Of a DNA stretch of 64,000 bases, positions 56,447 through 64,000 are shown one piece after another; position 1 is the first letter of the stretch; every line of letters begins with the position of its first letter. The DNA lies in assembly GCA_963829055.1 (NCBI GenBank), contig CAWHHI010000016.1:928001-992000 (forward strand), given 5' to 3'. The stretch is from an uncultured Gemmatimonadaceae bacterium (GTDB lineage Bacteria > Gemmatimonadota > Gemmatimonadetes > Gemmatimonadales > Gemmatimonadaceae). Below the pieces are notes generated by a model that saw only the letters and a program-made list of their open reading frames with translations, had not been told where the DNA came from and did not search any database. Both the position numbers and the translations under genes were made by a program.

Positions 56447-58165
56447 CTACGGGCGGTACGGATACCCTGTTGCCAACTCACGCTCCAGGCGAGCGTCATG
56501 CCCGTAAATGTCCGCGTAGAAGGCCGGCGCGCCATCCGGACGCACCACAGCCGTCGTGTAGTAGATCACCACCGGAAGCGAGCGGGCAAGATCCACGCGC
56601 TGCGAGCCAGCACCCTCCTCCATCGCGTGCCGGACACGTTCAGGCGACCAGGCGGCGGAATCGCGGAGCACCCATACGCCGAAGCGTGTCGGATCCTCGA
56701 GGCGAATGCACCCGTGGCTGAAGTCCCGCCGGGCTCGCGAGAACAGCTCTTTGGCGGGCGTGTCGTGCATGTACACGTTGTGGTCGTTCGGGAAAATGAA
56801 CTTCACCAGCCCGAGCGAGTTCCGCGGACCCGGTCGCTGCCGAATCCCGATCTCCCCTCGGCCAACGCGCGCAATGTTCGCTGTCGTTGCCGGCACCGCC
56901 GGGCCGGTGTCGCCGGAGCCGCGATAGAGCTCCATGTCGTTGCGCGCCAGGTACCCGGAGCTCCGACGCATCGCGGGGAGTGTTTCGCGCGCGAGGATGC
57001 CGGGTGGGATCACCCAATACGGGCGGAACACGGCGTACAGCATGTCGCGCTCGAAGATCGGCGTTCGCCGTCCGACGTTCGCAGCTCCCACGACCACGTT
57101 CATCGTGAACGTCGGCACGCCGCTCGCGCCTAACGTGTCGTACGCGTACAGCTCGAACGCCGGCACGTTCACGATCACGAACGGCCCGGCATCGGGCGCT
57201 GGGATCCAGCGGATCCGCTCCAGTGCGAGCTCGAGCTGCCTCGCGCGTCTCGCCGGCGACACGTTCAGCGCCGCGACCGTCGCCGGCCCCAGTGCGCTGT
57301 CGATCGGGAGGCCATGCCGCTCCTGGAACCGCGCGACGGCTGCGACCACGGCGCCCGTATAGTGCCGCGTGTCCCCATCGATGGCGGTGGTCGCATCAGT
57401 CGGCAGGTCGCCGAATACTGAGAGCCGCCGCCGCAGGACCGGCATCGCTTCGAGTGAATCGCCCGGACGAACGACGTGTTTCAGCGCCAACGTCGGGATC
57501 GTCGAGTCGGCCGCGAGCGCGCGGTACCGCGCGTAGATCGTCTTGAGGTTCCGGTACTGCACGAACTTGGGCTCCGCATCGCGAACCAGTGCGGATACGC
57601 GACCTCGCTCGAGCGCGTCACGTATGAATTCCGCCAGGTCCAACTTCTTGCGCTCGACGTTTATGCCGACCGCGAGGTGCCTCGGGTTCACGCGCCCGAT
57701 GCGCACATCGGACAAATGCCGGAGAATCCCGACGGAGAGCGCGAGGTCGAACCACGCCACATCGTGCGCCGCGGGACGTGGGTCCGCCGACAGCGCGTCG
57801 AATCGACGGCCAAGCTCCGGCGCGTCGTAGTCCTCGGACCGAAGCCCGCGTTCCTCCGCGCCGCGAAGCAGATCAATGACCGCGCGTGCATCCGCCGTAG
57901 GACGCGAACTCGCGGTCCAGATCGGCCGCCAGCCAGTGGCGGCGTAGAGCGACGTCAGCTCGTCGCGATAGTACGGAAAGCGAGGCCAACGCAGTCCCGA
58001 GAGCGTCCCGGCGCGTGACCACGTTTCGAGCAGCGACGCAGCGCTGTCATTGGCTGCCGTCGATGGTGGGCGACCCGACGGCGTCTGCGAGTACACTGGG
58101 CGCGAGGCCGTCGAGGCGGCGAGCGCGATTCCCAGTACGAACCATCTGTAGCCGAGTCGCATCAT
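56447..58165 (-). CDS. L,D-transpeptidase (YcbB/LdtD-like) with peptidoglycan-binding domain
   Basis: AVARFQERHGL..D PG-binding motif, IVNVPAFEL, LGLVKFIFPN, YMHDTP and FSHGCIRL. Confidence 0.93.
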   Translation of the reverse strand: MMRLGYRWFVLGIALAASTASRPVYSQTPSGRPPSTAANDSAASLLETWSRAGTLSGLRWPRFPYYRDELTSLYAATGWRPIWTASSRPTADARAVIDLLRGAEERGLRSEDYDAPELGRRFDALSADPRPAAHDVAWFDLALSVGILRHLSDVRIGRVNPRHLAVGINVERKKLDLAEFIRDALERGRVSALVRDAEPKFVQYRNLKTIYARYRALAADSTIPTLALKHVVRPGDSLEAMPVLRRRLSVFGDLPTDATTAIDGDTRHYTGAVVAAVARFQERHGLPIDSALGPATVAALNVSPARRARQLELALERIRWIPAPDAGPFVIVNVPAFELYAYDTLGASGVPTFTMNVVVGAANVGRRTPIFERDMLYAVFRPYWVIPPGILARETLPAMRRSSGYLARNDMELYRGSGDTGPAVPATTANIARVGRGEIGIRQRPGPRNSLGLVKFIFPNDHNVYMHDTPAKELFSRARRDFSHGCIRLEDPTRFGVWVLRDSAAWSPERVRHAMEEGAGSQRVDLARSLPVVIYYTTAVVRPDGAPAFYADIYGHDARLERELATGYPYRP

Positions 58166-58428
58166 GGCTGGCAGTCGGATGCACACACGTTAGGCGGTGC
58201 CGTGACCGGGAACGCCTGTGGACGCCGAACCAACGTCAACGCTCGCACGTCGATGCCGATTGCGGCATTGCACCTTGGGGCATCGCCGTGGGTGAGCGGC
58301 TCATGCGTGCGCACCCGCTCAACCGCTGGGGGCGACACGCCGTCTTCCCTGGGCGCTGATTTTTTGGTAGAGTTTCTGTCCCCCGTCGGCCGGCGCTCGC
58401 CCTCAGACCTCCTGTCTTCACCGTGAAG

Positions 58429-58695
58429 ATGCCCCGCAAGACCAGTCGCTACGAATGCGTCGGCGGTCCTCGAGACGGCGACATGGTCCTCATCCAGCGC
58501 TCCAAGCAGAACGTCACCCTCGACGGCGCGTTCTACGAAGTGCGCCTCTGGGCGAAGATGGACGAGCACGGCCAGCGGCTCCTCTGGAAGCGCGAAGCCC
58601 TGGTGTGGGAAGGGCTGCTCATCGCGGACACCGGCAGCGACGTCATCGAACCCGCTCCGCCGCAACCGATTGACTGGCCCGGACGCGACGGCTAG
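58429..58695 (+). CDS. Small hypothetical protein
   Basis: CVGGPRDG motif; codon usage typical for this genome. Confidence 0.5.
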   Translation: MPRKTSRYECVGGPRDGDMVLIQRSKQNVTLDGAFYEVRLWAKMDEHGQRLLWKREALVWEGLLIADTGSDVIEPAPPQPIDWPGRDG

Positions 58696-58758
58696 GTTGC
58701 GTTTCCGCCGCGATGGCAACGCGGTTCGGCGTCGTACGTCCGACGCCGGTGTAACCCT

Positions 58759-58848
58759 GGAGAGATGGCCGAGAGGCTGAAGGCACCGGTTTGCTAAACC
58801 GGCATAGGGGGTCAACCCCTATCGAGGGTTCGAATCCCTCTCTCTCCG
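58759..58848 (+). tRNA. tRNA-Ser (GCT)
   Basis: GGAGAGA/TCTCTCC acceptor, anticodon loop TTGCTAA, long variable arm. Confidence 0.95.
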
Positions 58849-58994
58849 TCGAGAGTCCGTGCAATCATGATGTACCGAGGTGTCAGGATCGAGATGCCGA
58901 CTCCGTTCGGATCCCGTCCTTGGCACCTTTTTTCTTCTGCGCTCGACAGCGCTCCCCAAGAGCCACACAGAGCACCAACGCGGTCAGACCGCCA

Positions 58995-60458
58995 ATGACC
59001 ACCGCACTCCCCACTCCGCTCCGCCTCCGCTTCGCGCCGTCGCCCACCGGATATCTCCACGTCGGCGGCGCACGCACCGCGCTCCACAACTGGCTGCTCG
59101 CGCGAAAGTACGGCGGCGTGTTCCTGCTTCGCATCGAGGACACCGACCGCGCTCGCAGCACCGACGAGAGCACACGCGCCATCTTCGAAGGCCTGGAGTG
59201 GCTCGGCCTAACGTGGGATGAGGAAGTCACCTACCAGGGAGCGAATCTCGCGCGCCACCAGGCGGACGCGCGCCGCCTGCTCGACAGCGGCGCGGTCTAC
59301 CGCTGCTTCTGCACTCCCGCGGAGCTCGACCAGCGACGCGCGGAGGCCGAGGCGCGCGGCGATGCGTTCAAGTACGATCGACGCTGCGACCGCCTGGCGC
59401 CCGACGAGATCGATCGGCGCGTCGTGAACGGCGATCCGTTCGTGCTGCGGTTCCGCGTGCCCGACGGGTCCACCGAGTGGAATGACCTCGTCCACGAGCG
59501 GATCACGTTCCCGAACAAGGACATCGAGGACTTCGTCATCCTCCGGTCGGACGGCACGCCGATCTACAACATGGCCGTCGTCTCGGACGACATCGCCGCC
59601 GCCATCACGGTCGTGATGCGCGGGGACGATCACATCTCCAACACGCCGAAACAGATCCTGCTCTACGAGGCGTTAGGCGCCCGGATCCCGGTGTTCGCGC
59701 ACCTGCCGATGATCCATGGGACCGACGGCAAGAAGTTGAGCAAGCGCCACGGCGCTACCGCCGTCGGCGACTATCGCCACCTCGGCATCCTGCCCTCGGC
59801 CATGGACAACTTCCTGGCGCTGCTCGGGTGGTCGCCGGGCGGGGATCGCGAGGTCATGCTGCCGGCGGAATTGATCGACCACTTCTCGGTGGACGGCCTC
59901 CTCAAGAAGGCGGCTGTCTTCGACCTCAAGAAGCTGGAGTGGATGAACGGGCAACATCTCAACATGCTGCCGCTCGCGGACGTCGAGCCAATCATCACGA
60001 AATCCGTCGTCGCTGCCGGCCTCGCGACAGCCGATTGGTTGGCATCACACGGCGAGTGGTACAATCGGTTGTTGGAGCTGCTTCGCATTCGCGCTCGCAC
60101 CGTGGACGACGTGGTCCGCCAGGCGGGGCCATACTTCGGCGATGATGTCTCGCTCGACCCGGACGCGGTGGCCAAGCAGTGGAAGGACCCCGCCACGGCC
60201 GACATGCTGGCCGAGGCGCGGGAGGCGTTGGCGGCTGTCAGCGATTGGTCGGCGGCCGCACTCGAGGAGGCGCTCCGCCCAGTGGCTGAAGCACGCGGCA
60301 TTGGCGCGGGAAAGCTGTTCCAGCCGCTCCGCGTGGCTCTGACGGGGTCCGCAATCAGCCCGGGCATCTTCGACGTACTCGTGCTGCTCGGGCGCGATCG
60401 GTCGCTGCGGCGACTGGACGCGGCCCTGCGGAACCTCCGCGGCGATGTCGCGGTCTAA
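58995..60458 (+). CDS. gltX: Glutamyl-tRNA synthetase
   Basis: RFAPSPTGYLHVGG, LRIEDTD, RGDDHISNT and KLSKRHG. Confidence 0.97.
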   Translation: MTTALPTPLRLRFAPSPTGYLHVGGARTALHNWLLARKYGGVFLLRIEDTDRARSTDESTRAIFEGLEWLGLTWDEEVTYQGANLARHQADARRLLDSGAVYRCFCTPAELDQRRAEAEARGDAFKYDRRCDRLAPDEIDRRVVNGDPFVLRFRVPDGSTEWNDLVHERITFPNKDIEDFVILRSDGTPIYNMAVVSDDIAAAITVVMRGDDHISNTPKQILLYEALGARIPVFAHLPMIHGTDGKKLSKRHGATAVGDYRHLGILPSAMDNFLALLGWSPGGDREVMLPAELIDHFSVDGLLKKAAVFDLKKLEWMNGQHLNMLPLADVEPIITKSVVAAGLATADWLASHGEWYNRLLELLRIRARTVDDVVRQAGPYFGDDVSLDPDAVAKQWKDPATADMLAEAREALAAVSDWSAAALEEALRPVAEARGIGAGKLFQPLRVALTGSAISPGIFDVLVLLGRDRSLRRLDAALRNLRGDVAV

Positions 60459-60522
60459 CGTCGAATGACGCGCGCGGACGGCCGATCGGTGTAACAGCCG
60501 CATCGGTCGAGGCCGTAAGCGG

Positions 60523-60552
60523 TTGACCGGCAAACAGCCGGTTCGATACATT
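60523..60552 (+). promoter_or_regulatory. Putative sigma70 promoter of lexA with overlapping palindrome
   Basis: TTGACC-N18-TACATT; ACCGGC-N5-GCCGGT inverted repeat at 60526-60542. Confidence 0.5.
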
Positions 60553-60620
60553 TGGCGGAGAACGAGGGTCGCCGGGAAGTCTCGAAGAGGCTCCCGGCGA
60601 CCCGTTTTCCCGGGGGTCGC

Positions 60621-61298
60621 ATGCCGGAACAGCTGAGTACCATGGAGCGGCGGGTGTACTACTACCTGCTCGACTTCCTCGGTGAACACACGTACCAGCC
60701 GAGTATCCGTGAGATTGGGAAGCGTTTTCGTATCAAGTCCACGAAGACGGTCTCCGACGTCCTCCAGTCGCTGGCCGAGAAGGGCTACATCCAGCGCGAT
60801 CCCTCGCGCTCGCGCGGGGTTCGGCTGCTCGGGTATTCGACTGTTGGCCGCATGCAGCCGGTGCCCTTCTACGGGAAGATCGCCGCGGGAGAGCCGATGC
60901 TCATTCCCGAAAACCGCGATCGGTTCATCACGCTGGACCGCGCGTTCGTGCCGAGCGAGGACTGCTTCTTCCTGCGCGTTTCCGGCGACAGCATGATCGG
61001 CCGCGGCATCTTCGACAAGGACTTCGTGCTCGTGAATCCGTCGGCGCGCGCGAGCGATGGCGACATCATCGCGGCTCGCGTCGGCGTCGAGGCGACAGTG
61101 AAAACGCTGCAGCATCGCGGCGCGACGATCGTGCTCGAGCCCGCGAATCCGGATGAGCGCGAGCTCGTGATTTCGCCGACGGATGATTTCGCGGTGATCG
61201 GAACGATCGCGGCGGTGTTCCGTCCGTTCCACGATGCGGCACAGGAATCGGACGACGCGGGCGCCCCGCCAGAAGACAACGGCGGTCGCAACGCCTGA
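60621..61298 (+). CDS. lexA: LexA repressor
   Basis: PSIREIG HTH, SRG, AAG cleavage site, GDSM catalytic Ser and TVK catalytic Lys. Confidence 0.93.
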   Translation: MPEQLSTMERRVYYYLLDFLGEHTYQPSIREIGKRFRIKSTKTVSDVLQSLAEKGYIQRDPSRSRGVRLLGYSTVGRMQPVPFYGKIAAGEPMLIPENRDRFITLDRAFVPSEDCFFLRVSGDSMIGRGIFDKDFVLVNPSARASDGDIIAARVGVEATVKTLQHRGATIVLEPANPDERELVISPTDDFAVIGTIAAVFRPFHDAAQESDDAGAPPEDNGGRNA

Positions 61299-61304
61299 AA
61301 CGCG

Positions 61305-61338
61305 ACGACCCGCGAGACAGCGCTGTCTCGCGGGTCGT
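61305..61338. terminator. Hairpin between convergent lexA and hypothetical gene
   Basis: ACGACCCGCGAGACAG-CG-CTGTCTCGCGGGTCGT. Confidence 0.65.
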
Positions 61339-61362
61339 TAGGCGACGGAAGGCAACGCGGCG

Positions 61363-62316
61363 TTAGGGAGTCGGCGTCCGGCTCGAGCCGCCGTCAGGCT
61401 GCGCGATCGTCTTGGGCGCGCGATCCTTTTCCTGTTGCTGCCGCTCGCGCTCCTTCCGCTCGCGGAGCGACTTCACCGCGCGCCGGAACTCTTCCTCGTT
61501 CAACGCACGCGCCGCCTGAACCTGGATCTCGGCTCGCATCGACGCCATCTGGCGGTCGCGTTCCGCGGCGATTGGATTGCCCTGGGCACGTTGAGCGGCA
61601 GCAGCCCGAGCAATGCCGTCGGGATCGAGATCTTCCCGAGGCGAATGTATTGCTGGTCCATCCCGAACTTCTTGCCGTTTCGCTCGACCGTCCAGTCACC
61701 GCGCTCGAACTTGTTCGGCGTGTACCCGTTCGCCGCCATGGAGTCGCGTACGTGCTCGATGCCCGCGGCGACGACGCTGTCCATCCGAGCATCCGCGGAC
61801 TTGGGCGCGCTGACCACAGGCGCCGACGGGACCCAGATGCGCGGATCCGAATAGGAGGGCCGGATTCCCTTCGTGGGGCCGCCGCGACCGATGAGCGGTC
61901 CCGTTCCTTCGTCGACGGCGGTAGGTGTCGGCGTTGTGGAGGGCGTGACCGGGGGCACTCGTCGTCGGAACTCCGTTTGGCGCGACGAGCGGTGGAGCCG
62001 GCGTCTTGCTCGTGTTGATCGGGCGCCCATTCCCGCCACTCTTCCCGGGCGAAGTGGTTGGGCTCGCCTGCGGCAGAGCGAGGAAGCTGATGCGCTCGGG
62101 GACGACCGTCTGCTCCTTCTTACCAAACAGCGACGTGAACGGGTACGGAATCAGCAGCACGCGGAGGAGCGCCGCCCCGGCGACCACGTGCACGACGATC
62201 GAGGCGAGAACCGGCCCTGAGAGCCGCCTCCTGCCGCGATCATCAGCGCGCTTGGGATATGGACGCCGCTTGGCGCCTGTTTCCCGTTTCGCGTCGGTCG
62301 TCTGCTGGCTCAGCAT
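61363..62316 (-). CDS. Hypothetical membrane-anchored Pro-rich protein (frameshifted)
   Basis: TonB-like SIVVH TM anchor, Pro/Thr-rich linker, KFGMDQQYIRLGK, charged C-terminus. Confidence 0.55.
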
Positions 62317-62446
62317 TCCCCCCGGATTTCGGTCGGCTTGGCGACTGCGTGCCGCCAGCGCTTATAGCCCTGGTTCACAGCCGGTGTTCCACGATACGTC
62401 CAGCGCATTGCTCGCGCCACCGCAAAGGTCATCTCGTAACACAGAG

Positions 62447-63079
62447 TTATACAGAGGGCGCGGCAACCGGGTTGGTTACCATGCTCAATCCCACGATTTC
62501 GACCTCGACAATGTCGCCGGGTGCCAGCTTTCCGACCCCGGCCGGCGTACCCGTCGCGATGAGATCACCGGGCTCGAGCGTCATGATGTGCGAGATGTAC
62601 GAGAGCAGGAACGGGATCGAGAACGCCATGTCCGAGCTCTTGCCCCGCTGCCGCTCCGTGCCGTTTACCCGGGTGACGACCTCCAGGGCTGCAAGATCGG
62701 CGACAGAGACGGATCCCACCCGCGGTTTTCCGACGGGGCAGAACGTGTCGAAGCCCTTGGCACGGCTCCACTGGCTGTCACTACGCTGGAGATCGCGCGC
62801 CGTGACATCGTTCACGGCGACCAGGGCGGCGATACCGCTGACGGCGTCCGCTTCCGACGCGTGTCGCAGCCGCTGTCCCATGACAACGCCGATCTCGCCC
62901 TCGAACTCCACCTGATTCGACTGCGGTGGCAGCACGATCGACTCGCCCCCGTCGATCAGGCTCGAGGGCGGCTTGAGAAAGATGAGCGGCTCCTTGGGCA
63001 TGTCGTTGCCCATCTCACGCGCGTGCTCGAGGTAGTTGCGGCCGACGCAGACGATCTTCGACGGGCGTTGTCCAGTCAT
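62447..63079 (-). CDS. Fumarylacetoacetate hydrolase family protein
   Basis: CVGRNYLEH, FLKP, EGEIG, NDVTARD, KGFDTF and GDLIATGTP. Confidence 0.95.
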   Translation of the reverse strand: MTGQRPSKIVCVGRNYLEHAREMGNDMPKEPLIFLKPPSSLIDGGESIVLPPQSNQVEFEGEIGVVMGQRLRHASEADAVSGIAALVAVNDVTARDLQRSDSQWSRAKGFDTFCPVGKPRVGSVSVADLAALEVVTRVNGTERQRGKSSDMAFSIPFLLSYISHIMTLEPGDLIATGTPAGVGKLAPGDIVEVEIVGLSMVTNPVAAPSV

Positions 63080-63130
63080 TGCGGAGGAATGGCGTGAGGT
63101 GACGGCCGTGCTTGCGACCCGGGAGAGACG

Positions 63131-64000
63131 CTACTGACTCGAGTAGAATGCCTGAATCTTCTCCAGCACCGCGGGCCACTGGCCCACGAGACGACGAGCG
63201 GGCGGTAACGCGTCCAGCATCGTGCGACCGTATGACTTGGAGATGACGCGCGGGTCGACGAGAACGATGACGCCGCGGTCGGTTGCCGTGCGGATCAGGC
63301 GCCCGAACCCCTGCTTGAGACGCAGCGACGCATGCGGCAGCATGTACTGCCGGAACGCGTCGCCACCCTTCCGTTCGATCGACTCGCAATGCGCCGCCGT
63401 CACGGGCTCGCTCGGCACCTTGAACGGAAGTTTCGTGATGACCAGCGCGCGCAGTGCTCGGCCCGGAACGTCCACGCCTTCCCAGAAGCTCGCCGTTCCG
63501 ATGAGCACGGCGCGCTCGCTCTCGCGGAACCGCTGCAGGATCGCATCGCGCCCGTCCTCGCCGTGCACGAGCAGCGGCCAACGTCGCTCCGTTCCACGCG
63601 CGCGCAGCTCGGCCGCCACCAGTCGGACGTCGCGGTGACTCGTCGCGAGCACGAACATGCCGCCGTCCGATGCAGTGGCGACGTCGAGCACCACGCGGAC
63701 GACGAACTGGATGTGCGCCGGCGCATCAACGTTAGGCGCTGGCGCATTCGTCGGCACGGCGAGGCGGGAGTTCCCCGGGAAATCGAACGGCGATGGGTAG
63801 AGTGCCGTGCGTGGCGTGAGCTCCGGATCGTCCAGACCCAATCGTCGCCCGAGGAAGTCGAAGCGCTGCTCGGCCGCGAGTGTCGCGCTCGTCACGACGG
63901 CGGTGCGAACTCGACGAAAGAGATCCTCACGCAGAACGGGCGCGAGATCGAGCGGGACGGACGTCACCGCGATGTTGCGCTCCTTGCCGCGCACCTCGAT
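63131..64000 (-). CDS. dinG: DinG/YoaA family helicase, C-terminal part
   Basis: TSATL, SPFD, SFWEGVD, KLPF and QGFGRLIR; 5' end lies beyond the window. Confidence 0.9.
   Translation of the reverse strand: MEVRGKERNIAVTSVPLDLAPVLREDLFRRVRTAVVTSATLAAEQRFDFLGRRLGLDDPELTPRTALYPSPFDFPGNSRLAVPTNAPAPNVDAPAHIQFVVRVVLDVATASDGGMFVLATSHRDVRLVAAELRARGTERRWPLLVHGEDGRDAILQRFRESERAVLIGTASFWEGVDVPGRALRALVITKLPFKVPSEPVTAAHCESIERKGGDAFRQYMLPHASLRLKQGFGRLIRTATDRGVIVLVDPRVISKSYGRTMLDALPPARRLVGQWPAVLEKIQAFYSSQ

Overview
High-GC (about 68-70%) bacterial chromosomal segment. Gene content and order suggest Gemmatimonadota (inference, not verified). Many genes carry single-base frameshifts that look like uncorrected long-read errors. 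The backbone is housekeeping: eno, plsC, thiL, nnr, glyA, amino-acid dehydrogenase, acyl-CoA/hbd/thiolase, bioY, thrS, valS, selA, gmhB, purN, purH, gltX, lexA, DinG, and four tRNAs (Met, fMet, Ser-TGA, Ser-GCT). Accessory content includes a Hen1-Pnkp RNA repair operon, an ArsR-ankyrin pair with a palindromic operator, a decayed region beside tRNA-Met, a pilin cassette between the two Met tRNAs, and a patch between the two Ser tRNAs. The most striking unexplained signal is a non-palindromic octamer, GCCTAACG/CGTTAGGC. I counted 46 exact copies by eye (about 1 per 1.4 kb, both strands), many inside conserved genes in several reading frames and using rare codons (TTA, CTA, AGG). This pattern resembles DNA uptake sequences, HIP1 or another genome-wide DNA-level signal.
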